This document shows positions 1 to 9,878 of a stretch of 64,000 nucleotides of DNA, piece after piece. The number at the start of each line of letters is the position of its first letter. The first letter of the stretch is position 1. The notes beneath the pieces are model-generated. The model was not told the DNA's origin. It saw nothing but the letters and a program-made list of their open reading frames with translations, and made no database searches. The stretch is from positions 168,525-232,524 of the forward strand of contig PKTH01000036.1 in the NCBI GenBank assembly GCA_002869265.1, given 5' to 3'. The position numbers were made by a program, and so were the translations under genes. This stretch comes from Candidatus Parcubacteria bacterium. GTDB lineage: Bacteria > Patescibacteriota > Patescibacteriia > Patescibacteriales > BM507.

Positions 1-2
1 CA

Positions 3-1436
3 TTGGGAAGGATTGAGAACTTTGATAATTATATTTTATCTCTTTTTTCAAGAGATTCTAGCAATTCCCTGGTTATCGCTAGATCAAATATTGGTAAGCA
101 AATTTCTTTTATTTACACAGTTTTGTTCATATTGTGTTTCTCAGTTATTGTTTTGTTTATTATTTTTCTTCTATATATCAAGAGAGTGTTAAATAAAGAC
201 ATTCTAAGGCCACTAACAAGTTTAAAGGACTTTGCAATTAAGATTGGCAGAGGGGAGGTCCATGAAATGCTTAAATATAAAAAGGATAATGAAATAGGGG
301 CACTTTTTAATGTATTTAATGAAATGGACAAGGAATTAAAATCTAGCAATAAGGAGTTAAACAAAAAGATTTATGAACTAAAGTCTAAAGAAAATATTGA
401 ATCATTGGTGCAGGCACTTACAGATGGCGTAATAATGTATGACATTGATAAAAATATTATACTTAAGAATTGGTCTGTTAAAAAGATATTAGGGCTTGAT
501 AACGAAAACTTTTCTTTAAACAACTTGTATAAAATGTTTTCAAAATATAATTTAGAATTTCATGTTGATCTATCTTTAAGGACTGAAGAGCTCTATCGTA
601 TACCTAATGTAGAGCTTATTGGGAGAAAATTCGAAATATTAATAACACAGGTAACGGATTATAATAAAAAAGTTGTGGGAGGGGTTATGATATTACATCA
701 AAAGGGGGAGGAAAAGCAAGGATTTCGAAAAGAAAAAAATGATTGTGATTTCAAAACAATTTTATCACCTAATTTTAAAAACCCTCTAGCTTATATTAAA
801 CTTTTTACAGAAATGTTAAGTTCAGGCAAGCTGGGCGATTTGACTAACGAACAAAAGGACTGTATTGATAATATACACAGGTCATCGATGACAATGGACA
901 CCATAGTGCATAAACTTGAAGATGTTGCGATGGTTGCCAATGCAGAAATTGATCTTCAGACAGAGGAAATCACTATAATCCCTTTTCTAAAAGATCTTAT
1001 TAGAGAATACTCGGAAAACAAAACTATCGAAAATGTTGACTTTAGTTTTCGAGAAACAATAGACGAAGAAGTTAAAATAAATTTGGATAGAAATATTTTT
1101 TCAAAAATTTTTCACTCGATAATCGATAACTCAATTCTCTATACCAATGATATTAATACTTTAATTGATATTGAGATTAAAGAACTTGGTTTTAGTTATC
1201 TTTTGAGCATAAAAGACAATGGGATGGGAATTCCGGATTCAGACCAAGATAAAATTTTTGGTAAATTTTATAGAGCGAGTAATTCAATATCAAGAAACAT
1301 AAAGGGGTCAGGAACCAGTTTGTATGTAGCTAAAAAACTTTTAAATAGATTTGGAATAGAAATATTTTTTGAATCAAATCTTGGAGAAGGAACTACATTT
1401 TTTATAGAAATCCCAAAAGCGGGGATGAGGTCATAG
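3..1436 (+). CDS. Sensor histidine-kinase-like membrane protein (TM-HAMP-PAS-DHp-HATPase_c); true 5' end probably outside the window
   Basis: 477-aa ORF open to the window edge. TM ISFIYTVLFILCFSVIVLFIIFLLYI. HAMP-like LRPLTSLKDFAIKIG..ALFNVFNEM. ATPase boxes N IIDNSILYT, G1 DNGMGIP, F FGKFYR, G2 GSGTSLYVAKK. The H-box reads SPNFKNPL instead of SHELRTPL. Confidence 0.8.
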   Translation: MGRIENFDNYILSLFSRDSSNSLVIARSNIGKQISFIYTVLFILCFSVIVLFIIFLLYIKRVLNKDILRPLTSLKDFAIKIGRGEVHEMLKYKKDNEIGALFNVFNEMDKELKSSNKELNKKIYELKSKENIESLVQALTDGVIMYDIDKNIILKNWSVKKILGLDNENFSLNNLYKMFSKYNLEFHVDLSLRTEELYRIPNVELIGRKFEILITQVTDYNKKVVGGVMILHQKGEEKQGFRKEKNDCDFKTILSPNFKNPLAYIKLFTEMLSSGKLGDLTNEQKDCIDNIHRSSMTMDTIVHKLEDVAMVANAEIDLQTEEITIIPFLKDLIREYSENKTIENVDFSFRETIDEEVKINLDRNIFSKIFHSIIDNSILYTNDINTLIDIEIKELGFSYLLSIKDNGMGIPDSDQDKIFGKFYRASNSISRNIKGSGTSLYVAKKLLNRFGIEIFFESNLGEGTTFFIEIPKAGMRS

Positions 1437-1446
1437 AATTGAATAC

Positions 1447-1478
1447 AAAAAAAGACCATTTTTTAGGTCTTTTTTTGT
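1447..1478. terminator. Bidirectional hairpin between the convergent kinase gene and gyrB
   Basis: AAAGACC-attttta-GGTCTTT, with A-run upstream and T-run downstream. Confidence 0.6.
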
Positions 1479-1486
1479 ATAGTATT

Positions 1487-3505
1487 TTATACGTCTAGAT
1501 TTTCTACTTTCTTTGCATGAGTTTGGATGAAATTTTTTCTTGGTAAAACATTACCACCCATTAACATGTCAAATATTTCATCAGCTCTTGCAGCATCTTC
1601 AACAGTCACTTGCTTCATCTTCCTTGTCTTCGGGTCCATAGTTGTTTCCCAAAGTTGTTCAGGGTTCATTTCACCAAGACCTTTGTATCTTTGAATTTGA
1701 ATCTTGGCACCACCTTTTTTTGTTTCAACAACTTCTTCTTCCTCTTCATTATTATCATCCTCCTCATTGTTTTCCTCAGCAGCTTCTTGAACCTCACCAC
1801 CGAGCTCTTTTATTCCGGAAACCTTCTCTTCTTCAGTGTAGACATATTTTACAGTAGACCCCTTTTTTAGTTGGTATAAAGGCGGTTGAGCGATATAGAG
1901 ATGACCATTTAGAACCAACTCAGTGAAATGTCTATAGAAAAGAGTTAAAAGCAAGGTTCTGATATGAGATCCATCAACATCAGCATCAGTCATAATAACA
2001 ACTCTGTGATAACGTAGTTTTTCAATATCAAATTGTTCGTCAATGTTTGTCCCAAGGGCGATAACCAGATTCTTTACTTCGTTATTAGCAAGCATTTTAT
2101 CTAATCTGGCTCTTTCTACGTTTAGGATTTTACCGCGCAAAGGAAGAATAGCTTGGAACTTTCTATCTCGACCCTGTTTAGCAGAGCCACCAGCAGAGTC
2201 TCCCTCAACAATAAAAAGCTCAGATTCCTCTGCTTTTCTACTGGAACAATCTGATAGTTTCCCAGGAAGGGTCATGCCATCAAGAGCTCCTTTTCGTAGA
2301 ATACTGGCTCTTGCAGTTCTAGCGGCAATTCTTGCTTGAGATGATAGAATACATTTGCCGATGATTGCCTCAGCTTCTTTTGGGTGTTCTTCAAGGAAAA
2401 TAGTAAAATTTTCACCGAAGACAGATTCAACAGCTCCCTTGACTTCAGCATTTCCAAGCTTTCCTTTGGTTTGACCTTCAAATTGAGGATCAGTTATTTT
2501 TACACTAATTATTGCAGTTAGACCTTCACGTACATCATCGCCAGTAAGATTTTCGTCTTTTTCTTTTAGGAGGTTGTGATTTCGGGCATAAGAGTTAAGA
2601 GTCCTTGTAAGGGCAGTTCTAAAACCAACCATATGAGTTCCACCCTCAAGGTTGTAAATATTATTAGCAAAGGCAAGTGCCGTTTCGTTGAATTCGTCGT
2701 TATATTGAAGAGCAACTTCTACCTTAGCTTCTGGAGTGTCTTTTTCTACATAATAAATAGTTTCATTTTTAACAGATTTGTTGTGATGAAGTGCTTTAAT
2801 GTAAGACTTGATACCCCCCTCGAAATAGAATTTGTAATCTTTTTCCTTGTGACCATCTCTTCTGTCATGAATACTCATGGTGATTCCCTTGGTGAGATAT
2901 GCTTGCTGTCTTAGTCTGTCTAAAATTTTACCCCAATTGAATTCTGTTTCGGAGAAAATAGAGTCATCTGGTTTAAAGGTGATTATGGTCCCGGTTTTTG
3001 TTGTTTTGCCAGTGCTTTTAATTTTGGCTTTTGGTTTTCCAATTTTATATTCTTGAGACCAAATTTTGCCATTTTGATGAACCTCGGCTTTTAGATAGGT
3101 TGATAGGGCATTTACTACTGAGACACCAACACCGTGCAATCCTCCAGAAACTTTGTAGGCTCCATCTCCAAATTTACCACCAGCGTGGAGTTTTGTTAAA
3201 ACTGTTTCCAGGGCAGAGATACCAGTGGCCTTATGAACGTCGACAGGGATACCACGACCATTATCTTCTACTTCAACCATTCCATCTGAGAGAAGGGTAA
3301 CTTTTATTTCTGTAGCATATCCGGCCATTGCTTCATCAATTCCGTTATCCACAACTTCCCAAATTAAGTGATGCAGACCAGCTGAAGCAGTTGAACCAAT
3401 ATACATTCCTGGTCTTTTTCTTACTGGGTCAAGACCTTCAAGGACTGTTATCGAATCAGCGGAGTATTCTTTACTGCTGCTTTTTTTAGCTTTTTCTTTC
3501 GCCAT
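1487..3505 (-). CDS. gyrB: DNA gyrase subunit B
   Basis: 672 aa. Motifs LEGLDPVRKRPGMYIGS, GGLHGVGVSVVNALS, EGDSAGGSAKQGRDR, PLRGKILNVE, RYKGLGEMNPEQLWETTM. Carries an acidic insert EAAEENNEEDDNNEEEEEVVE before the RYKGLGEM motif. Confidence 0.97.
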   Translation of the reverse strand: MAKEKAKKSSSKEYSADSITVLEGLDPVRKRPGMYIGSTASAGLHHLIWEVVDNGIDEAMAGYATEIKVTLLSDGMVEVEDNGRGIPVDVHKATGISALETVLTKLHAGGKFGDGAYKVSGGLHGVGVSVVNALSTYLKAEVHQNGKIWSQEYKIGKPKAKIKSTGKTTKTGTIITFKPDDSIFSETEFNWGKILDRLRQQAYLTKGITMSIHDRRDGHKEKDYKFYFEGGIKSYIKALHHNKSVKNETIYYVEKDTPEAKVEVALQYNDEFNETALAFANNIYNLEGGTHMVGFRTALTRTLNSYARNHNLLKEKDENLTGDDVREGLTAIISVKITDPQFEGQTKGKLGNAEVKGAVESVFGENFTIFLEEHPKEAEAIIGKCILSSQARIAARTARASILRKGALDGMTLPGKLSDCSSRKAEESELFIVEGDSAGGSAKQGRDRKFQAILPLRGKILNVERARLDKMLANNEVKNLVIALGTNIDEQFDIEKLRYHRVVIMTDADVDGSHIRTLLLTLFYRHFTELVLNGHLYIAQPPLYQLKKGSTVKYVYTEEEKVSGIKELGGEVQEAAEENNEEDDNNEEEEEVVETKKGGAKIQIQRYKGLGEMNPEQLWETTMDPKTRKMKQVTVEDAARADEIFDMLMGGNVLPRKNFIQTHAKKVENLDV

Positions 3506-3651
3506 AATATATAATATTTATTACTAATTTTAGATTAAAAAGCAAAGTCATAAATGACTTTACTGTGTATATTTTATCAAATAATAACATATATTACAAG
3601 CTTATATAAGTTTAGTTTTGATTGTGAGTTTTTGCTAAAATGTGCTAAAAT

Positions 3652-4608
3652 ATGATCATGCAAAATGAAAATAATCTAGACAATTTAGAGGATTTAGACC
3701 TAAAAAAAGAGGAAGATAGTATTTCAAAAGTTAATATCGATAGATTTAAGGAAAGAGATGGAGTCTCACTTAAAAAGTTAGGTTTTGGTCTGTGGTATTT
3801 GGAGCACCAGAAAGGCCTAATGTTGACTGTTTACATATTTCTTGGTTTGATTGGCTTTGTGACTTGGTTTTCCTTTTTTAAAACATTTGGTCATTATGTA
3901 TTAATTGGCATGAAAGAAGATCAGGCCTTGGTTGCTAGTATGATAAATAATTCTGGAATTAAACATAGTGAAGTTGTAAAAACCGCTCCACAGGAGCTGC
4001 AGGTCGGGACAGCTGAGGTTTTGTTAAATTCAAATGGAACTTATGATATAGTCATTAAGATTAAAAACATCAATAGTAGGTATTATTCAAGATTTTCTTA
4101 TTTTATTCTATTTAACAATGAAAAGTTAGGACCTTTTAATGACTTTATTCTCCCTGAAGAGGAAAAATATCTAATGTTACTAGATCAAAAACTTTCCAGG
4201 AGGCCATCCTCAGTCAGCCTTGAAGTTGAGCATTCTTGGACAAAGCTAGATGGGCACAAAATTAAAGAATGGGCTGAGTACAGAGATAATTATATAGATT
4301 TTATAGTTGATAATAAGGTTTTTTCAAACCCCAAGGAAAGCAATTTGTCAGAGAAGTTAAATTTAAGCTCAGTTAAATTTGACCTTACGAATAATTCTGC
4401 TTATTCTTATTACGAACTAAGTTTAGATATCCTGTTATATTCCAGAGGGCGTTTAGCCTCTGTTAATCAATATCCAATTGAGAGGATAGAGTCAGGGGAA
4501 ACAAGAGGTATTGATATTACTTGGCCAGGAAAGGTAAACAGAGCTGACAATATTGAGGTTGTTCCCAATATTGACATAATGAAAGACAATATTACCTATA
4601 TTCCTTAA
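3652..4608 (+). CDS. Hypothetical single-pass membrane protein with a large extracytoplasmic domain
   Basis: 318-aa ORF with one TM (LMLTVYIFLGLIGFVTWFSFF). No recognisable family motif. Sits directly upstream of the SEDS gene. Confidence 0.55.
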   Translation: MIMQNENNLDNLEDLDLKKEEDSISKVNIDRFKERDGVSLKKLGFGLWYLEHQKGLMLTVYIFLGLIGFVTWFSFFKTFGHYVLIGMKEDQALVASMINNSGIKHSEVVKTAPQELQVGTAEVLLNSNGTYDIVIKIKNINSRYYSRFSYFILFNNEKLGPFNDFILPEEEKYLMLLDQKLSRRPSSVSLEVEHSWTKLDGHKIKEWAEYRDNYIDFIVDNKVFSNPKESNLSEKLNLSSVKFDLTNNSAYSYYELSLDILLYSRGRLASVNQYPIERIESGETRGIDITWPGKVNRADNIEVVPNIDIMKDNITYIP

Positions 4609-4621
4609 TTATGAAAAGTTG

Positions 4622-5725
4622 ATGTCAAAAATAGTATTATATTTAAAAAATCTCGACTGGGTACTGTTTTTTACAGTACTTCTTCTTTTGAGCTTTGGTT
4701 TGGTTGAGATATATAGTGTTGCCCTGGGTCAAGATAGTTTTAACCTGGTCTCATTTAAAAAACAAATTTTGTTTATAGGAATTGGTCTTTCTTTGTTTTT
4801 TTTCTTTGTTTTTTTTGATTATTTTAATCTAAGAAGTTTTAGCACTTATATTTATATTTTTGGCATCTTGCTTTTATTAGCGGTTCTGTTTTTTGGTGTT
4901 GAAGTTAGAGGAACTAGGGGATGGTTTAGTGTTGGACCTTTTAATATCCAACCAGTTGAATTTATAAAAATAGTTCTTATAATATTTTTAGCTAAATATT
5001 TTTCATCGACTTCTATTAAATTAAATCCCTTGAAACATTTATTTATATCTGGACTAGGCACTTTTGTTCTGGCAGCACTTGTTTTGAGTCAACCAGATTT
5101 CGGTTCTTCTTTACTGTTGTTTGCCTTGTGGGGAGCATTGGTTGTTGTTGCAGGGTTCAAAAAGAGATATTTTTTAATAATTATAGGAATTGTGTTCTTT
5201 GTATTTATTTCTGGTTGGTTTGTCTTTTTTGAAGACTATCAAAAGAAAAGAATTTCTACTTTTCTTAATCCTTCTTTTGATCCTCTGAACCAAGGTTATA
5301 ATGTCACTCAAGCAATAATCGCAGTTGGCTCGGGGGGCTTGATTGGACGTGGTATTGGCTTTGGCTCTCAATCTCAGTTAAAGTTTTTACCAGAGGCTCA
5401 GAACGACTTTATATTTGCTGTGATTTCAGAGGAATTAGGATTTTTGGGTGTTTCGCTAGTTTTAGTCCTTTTTTTGGTATTTTTCTTCAGATCTATATAT
5501 ATTCTTCGAAAAATAAACAATGATTTTGGTATTTTTATTGTCCTTGGTATAGTGGTATTGATTTTTATTGAAATGTTTATTAACATAGGTATGAACATCG
5601 GTATATTACCAGTAGTAGGCATTTCCTTGCCTTTTATTAGTTATGGAGGAAGTGCTATTATTTCAAGTCTGGTAATGGCCGGAATTATGCAAAATATTAT
5701 AATTAAATCAAAAATTAATACTTAA
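4622..5725 (+). CDS. SEDS-family peptidoglycan polymerase (FtsW/RodA/SpoVE)
   Basis: Polytopic membrane protein with FGSQSQLKFLPEAQNDFIFAVISEELGFLG and LPFISYGGSA motifs. The ORF track starts at TTG 4619; ATG at 4622 is more likely. Confidence 0.9.
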   Translation: MSKIVLYLKNLDWVLFFTVLLLLSFGLVEIYSVALGQDSFNLVSFKKQILFIGIGLSLFFFFVFFDYFNLRSFSTYIYIFGILLLLAVLFFGVEVRGTRGWFSVGPFNIQPVEFIKIVLIIFLAKYFSSTSIKLNPLKHLFISGLGTFVLAALVLSQPDFGSSLLLFALWGALVVVAGFKKRYFLIIIGIVFFVFISGWFVFFEDYQKKRISTFLNPSFDPLNQGYNVTQAIIAVGSGGLIGRGIGFGSQSQLKFLPEAQNDFIFAVISEELGFLGVSLVLVLFLVFFFRSIYILRKINNDFGIFIVLGIVVLIFIEMFINIGMNIGILPVVGISLPFISYGGSAIISSLVMAGIMQNIIIKSKINT

Positions 5726-5732
5726 TAAATTT

Positions 5733-6386
5733 ATGACCCAAAAAATCGTTTTAAATGCAAAAAAAAGAGAATCTGGTGAAAAGATTAGTGAAATTAAAGA
5801 AGCCGCTGGAGTTCCTGCAGTTATTTACGGACAAGAATATGAAAACATGTCTTTGAAAGTAAATTCAGTGGAACTTGATAAAATCTACGGAGAGGCAGGA
5901 TCTTCTGCTATGATTGATCTAAAAGTTGATTCATTAGAAAAGCCCGTAAAGGTTATCATAAAAGATTTGCAATATAATCATAAGAACCAAATAATACACG
6001 TTGATTTTTATAAGATTGATGAGTCAAAGAAACTTTCAACTTCAATTGCTCTAGAGTTTATTGGAGAATCTGAGGCAGTTGAGGTTAAGAAAGGGATCCT
6101 GCTTAAAAATATGGATGCTATTAATGTGGAGTGCTCTCCAGCTGACTTAGTGTCTCATTTTGATGTTGATATCTCTGTTTTGAAGGAAGTTGGAGACACA
6201 ATAACAGTAGCTGATCTTAAAATTTCAGAGGCATACACAATTGCCAACGATTCTCATGATTCTGTGGCGACTGTTGTAGAACAAAAGAAGGAAGTAGAAG
6301 AGGAGCCAGTAGAAACAGCAGAAGCGACTGAAGAAGGGAAAGAAGAAGTCGAGAAAGCAGAAGGCGAAGATAAAAAAGAAGAATAA
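5733..6386 (+). CDS. rplY: Ribosomal protein L25 / general stress protein Ctc form, with an acidic C-terminal tail
   Basis: 217 aa. N-terminal L25 signature (R..G...S.ELR..G.VPAVIYG-like: KRESGEKISEIKEAAGVPAVIYGQ). C-terminal tail is E/K-rich. Confidence 0.85.
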   Translation: MTQKIVLNAKKRESGEKISEIKEAAGVPAVIYGQEYENMSLKVNSVELDKIYGEAGSSAMIDLKVDSLEKPVKVIIKDLQYNHKNQIIHVDFYKIDESKKLSTSIALEFIGESEAVEVKKGILLKNMDAINVECSPADLVSHFDVDISVLKEVGDTITVADLKISEAYTIANDSHDSVATVVEQKKEVEEEPVETAEATEEGKEEVEKAEGEDKKEE

Positions 6387-6399
6387 AATATTCTCAATA

Positions 6400-7461
6400 A
6401 TGGAGGCGAATAAACAAAAAAATATCTGGAAATATTTGGATGTTACTCTTATTGTAATTTCTCTTATTTTAAGTTTTTTCGCCTACAAAATTATTACAAA
6501 ATATTACTCAAATATTGAGGAGGACTTAGTGAAAGTCGTTGAAGAGGAGAAAGTAGAGGAGTCTAGTTGCCTTGACTGCGTTGAACGGGGAATAGACGGT
6601 GTTTTAGTACCAAAAGGAGAAGAAAATATATTCCCAGTGGCTATAGTAATAGAAAACCACTTAGAGGCAAGACCTCAAGCCGGGATTGCAGATGCTAACT
6701 TAGTTATAGAGGCTGAGGCCGAAGGTGGTATTACTCGTTTTTTAGCTTTTTTTGCTGACCTACAAAAACCAGACAGAATAGGACCCATTAGGAGCGCTCG
6801 GCCATATTTTATTGATTGGTCTCGAGGACTTTCGGCTCTATTTGTCCATGTAGGAGGAAGCCCTGAAGCTTTAGCAAAAATAGTAAAAGAAAATGTAGTC
6901 AATTTAAATGAATTTTATAACGGGAAATATTTTTGGAGAGACGGAGTGAATGAAGCTCCTCATAATGTTTTTAGTTCAGGTGAAAACATAGATAAATATT
7001 TAGAAAGAAAAGGACTTGATAAGGGTGAATATATTTCTTGGATATTTAAAGATGAAGCAGAATTTGACGATAGAGGTGACTCGAGTTCAATAGTTATTAA
7101 TTTTGAAAGAGATCTTTATGCTGTTGAATGGAAATACAACAAAGATGAAAATTCATATATTAGATACACAGCTGGTGACGAGCATAGAGATGAGGATGGT
7201 GATATGGTAAAGGCAAAGAATGTTCTTGTTGCCTACATGGGGGCAGAAGTTCTAGATAGTGAACTGAGATTAAAAATTGACAATATTGGTGAAGGCGAGG
7301 CGGTAATTTGTCTTGATGGTTTTTGTCAAAAAGGCTTTTGGCAAAAAAATAGTTCTACAGCTAGAATGCGTTTTTATAATGAAGATAAGAAAGAGGTAGA
7401 ATTCAATAGGGGAACTACCTGGCTAGAAGTTCTTAAGCCAGAAATAGAAGTTGTCTATTAA
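6400..7461 (+). CDS. DUF3048-family membrane-anchored protein (YerB-like)
   Basis: N-terminal TM, then PVAIVIENHLEARPQAGIADANLVIEAEAEGGITRFLAFF..GPIRSARPYFIDW, which is typical of DUF3048. Confidence 0.75.
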   Translation: MEANKQKNIWKYLDVTLIVISLILSFFAYKIITKYYSNIEEDLVKVVEEEKVEESSCLDCVERGIDGVLVPKGEENIFPVAIVIENHLEARPQAGIADANLVIEAEAEGGITRFLAFFADLQKPDRIGPIRSARPYFIDWSRGLSALFVHVGGSPEALAKIVKENVVNLNEFYNGKYFWRDGVNEAPHNVFSSGENIDKYLERKGLDKGEYISWIFKDEAEFDDRGDSSSIVINFERDLYAVEWKYNKDENSYIRYTAGDEHRDEDGDMVKAKNVLVAYMGAEVLDSELRLKIDNIGEGEAVICLDGFCQKGFWQKNSSTARMRFYNEDKKEVEFNRGTTWLEVLKPEIEVVY

Positions 7462-8315
7462 ATTTTTTGTGCAATAGATAAAACAGCAAAACGATTTAGG
7501 CCTCTAAGGTCTTTTTTTATTTGGATAGAGAATTTTGGGACAAGTAATTCTCTGGCTATTTTCCGGATGCCGCTTACTTGACCAGGGTCTATTTCGCAGA
7601 TTAAAAATATGCTTGATTCACTTCTTATTTCTAGTAATGAGCTTATTTGTTTAAAGAGTTTTTTGTAATATTTTAAGCCATCAGCCCCAGCCAAAAGTGC
7701 AAGACGGGGCTCTTTTTTTATTGAAGGAGAAGCAGAAATTTGTCTCGCAGTTAAATAGGGGAGGTTAGCTGTAATAATTATGTTTTTATGAAGAATTGAA
7801 TTGGGATTTTTTAAAATATAATCGAGTAGATCACTCCTTCTAAAATCTATAGTAGTGTCAAGCTTATTTAATCTAGCATTCTTTTTAGCAGTACTTAAAG
7901 CTTCTTTTGATATATCTAAGGCAATTACGTTTTTATTTGGTGAACTTTTTGCGATGGAGATAGCTAAACAGCCCGAACCAGTTCCGACATCAATAACAGT
8001 ATTTGGCTCTTTGGTTTTTTTTAGGACTTCTTCAACAATAATTTCAGATTCAGGCCTTGGGATCAGAACATTTTTGTTGACGAAAAAATTTAAACCAAAA
8101 AAACCTTTTTCACCAATTATATAAGCTAGAGGCTCATTATTTATTCTTTTTTTAAATAGATTCTCAATTTTTTGAATTGTTTTTGCATTTAAAGGTTTAG
8201 TTGGATAAGTTATAATGTACTCTTTTGGTTTTTTTAAAACAGAAGAAAGTAAGATATCAAAGTCAAATGAATCTATTCTATTAAAGTATTTTTTTCTTAG
8301 TTCAGCTATTGTCAT
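7458..8315 (-). CDS. prmC: Release-factor glutamine N5-methyltransferase (HemK/PrmC)
   Basis: 285 aa. SAM motif VIDVGTGSGCLAISIA. Motif IV reads NLPY where the canonical sequence is NPPY. Lies immediately downstream of prfA. Confidence 0.85.
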   Translation of the reverse strand: MTIAELRKKYFNRIDSFDFDILLSSVLKKPKEYIITYPTKPLNAKTIQKIENLFKKRINNEPLAYIIGEKGFFGLNFFVNKNVLIPRPESEIIVEEVLKKTKEPNTVIDVGTGSGCLAISIAKSSPNKNVIALDISKEALSTAKKNARLNKLDTTIDFRRSDLLDYILKNPNSILHKNIIITANLPYLTARQISASPSIKKEPRLALLAGADGLKYYKKLFKQISSLLEIRSESSIFLICEIDPGQVSGIRKIARELLVPKFSIQIKKDLRGLNRFAVLSIAQKI

Positions 8316-8332
8316 ATTAAAAAAACTGCCTC

Positions 8333-9364
8333 TTAGACAGTTTTCTTTAGTTCTTTAATTATGTCAGAAATACCGCCGTCCATTATTTTTGGAATATTGC
8401 TCCAGTTTTTGCCTATCCTGTGGTCCGTGATTCTGTCTTGTGGGAAATTATAGGTACGTATTTTTTCACTTCTATCTCCTGAGCCAACTTGCTCTTTTCG
8501 GGCAGCTGCGTCTTCCCGAGCTTTATCTTCTTCAATTTTGGCAAACACCCTAGATCTAAGTACTTGCATCGCCTTTGCTTTGTTTTGTTGCTGTGATTTT
8601 TGATCCTGACAAGTCGCAACTACATTTAGGGGAAGGTAGGTGAGTCTAACCGCTGAATTAGAAGTGTTGACGCTTTGACCGCCAGGCCCAGAAGCTGAAT
8701 ATACATCAACCTTTAGATCGGCGTCTTTTATTTCGAAATCAACCTCTTCCGCTTCGGGTAATACAGCGACAGTTATTGCGGAGGTGTGTACTCGGCCTTG
8801 TTTTTCAGTCTCAGGGACTCTTTGTACTCGATGAGTGCCTCGTTCCCACTTAAGGTTTTTAAATACATCGCGGCCTTTTACAGAAAAAACTATTTCTTTG
8901 AAACCTCCTATGCCAATTGGGCTCGAGCTAATAATCTCTAATTTCCAGGAATTGTTTTCAGCGAAGCGTGAGTACATACGAAAAACTTCTGCTACAAATA
9001 GTGCAGATTCATCACCGCCTGTCCCAGCACGTATCTCTACGATAACGTCTTTCTTATCATTTGGATCTGCCGGATTTAGTTCCTCATAAATTTTCTTATT
9101 GAGCTTCTCAAATTCTTCTTCTAGATTGATGTTTTCTTCTTTGGCCATTTCAATCATTTCTTTGTCATTCTCTTTTGAGATTAGCTCTTTGTTATCGCTA
9201 ATCTGTTTTTCTATATCATTTGCACGATGAATCATCTCAACTAGATCTTTTAATTGAGCGTGTTCCTTTGAAACTTTTGAAAAATTATTAACATCTGAAA
9301 CTATTGTAGGGTCAGATAGCTTTTTTTCTAGTTCGTTAAATTTTTTGATTATATCTTCGTGCAT
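8333..9364 (-). CDS. prfA: Peptide chain release factor 1
   Basis: 343 aa. GGQ motif (SGPGGQSVNTS). RF1-type P-x-T tripeptide in RVQRVPETEKQGRVHTS. Confidence 0.95.
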   Translation of the reverse strand: MHEDIIKKFNELEKKLSDPTIVSDVNNFSKVSKEHAQLKDLVEMIHRANDIEKQISDNKELISKENDKEMIEMAKEENINLEEEFEKLNKKIYEELNPADPNDKKDVIVEIRAGTGGDESALFVAEVFRMYSRFAENNSWKLEIISSSPIGIGGFKEIVFSVKGRDVFKNLKWERGTHRVQRVPETEKQGRVHTSAITVAVLPEAEEVDFEIKDADLKVDVYSASGPGGQSVNTSNSAVRLTYLPLNVVATCQDQKSQQQNKAKAMQVLRSRVFAKIEEDKAREDAAARKEQVGSGDRSEKIRTYNFPQDRITDHRIGKNWSNIPKIMDGGISDIIKELKKTV

Positions 9365-9371
9365 ATATAAA

Positions 9372-9421
9372 ACGGCTATTTTTATTTATACTAAAAAATT
9401 AACATAAATAAAAATAGCCGT
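9372..9421 (-). terminator. Long AT-rich hairpin between rpmE and prfA
   Basis: Perfect 18-bp inverted repeat ACGGCTATTTTTATTTAT / ATAAATAAAAATAGCCGT with a 14-nt loop. Confidence 0.6.
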
Positions 9422-9428
9422 AAAATAT

Positions 9429-9713
9429 TTATTTCTCCTCCTCTTGTGCTTTGACTTCTGCTCTAGCTGCTCGTTTTACTTTTTTACCTTTTCTGACTTT
9501 TGCTGTCTCTTTTTGAGCATCTACTTTTGCTTTAAACTTCTCAACTCTTCTTGCTGTATCAACTAGCTTTTGCTTGCCAGTGTAGAATGGGTGGCAATTT
9601 GAGCAAAGTTCCGTTTTTGTTTCATCAACAGTAGAACCAGTTTCAATAACATTTCCACAAGCACAAACAACCTTTGCTTTCGTGTTGTAGTTTGGGTGAA
9701 TATCTTTTTTCAT
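9429..9713 (-). CDS. rpmE: Ribosomal protein L31 (Zn-ribbon type) with a Lys-rich C-terminal extension
   Basis: MKKDIHPNY.., CACG...[12 protein letters not shown]. Confidence 0.95.
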   Translation of the reverse strand: MKKDIHPNYNTKAKVVCACGNVIETGSTVDETKTELCSNCHPFYTGKQKLVDTARRVEKFKAKVDAQKETAKVRKGKKVKRAARAEVKAQEEEK

Positions 9714-9843
9714 ATATTAACTAAAATTATAATAAATATAAAAACAAGCGTTCTTCACTTGTCCGCTAGAATATTAACATAAATAAAATATTATTGCAAG
9801 CATTAAAGCCAGCTAAAGACTAAGTTAAGTTGATTTTAGGGTA

Positions 9844-9872
9844 TTGACATATTTTGAATAATGTACTAATAT
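9844..9872 (+). promoter_or_regulatory. Sigma-70-type promoter of the sRNA candidate
   Basis: TTGACA (9844-9849), 17-nt spacer, TAATAT (9867-9872). Confidence 0.6.
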
Positions 9873-9878
9873 GATAGT

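Noticed and set aside
7458-7461. Convergent 4-nt stop-codon overlap (TTAA) of the DUF3048 gene and prmC
   Set aside because: The overlap is real but is a trivial consequence of tight packing. No terminator or regulatory structure is involved.
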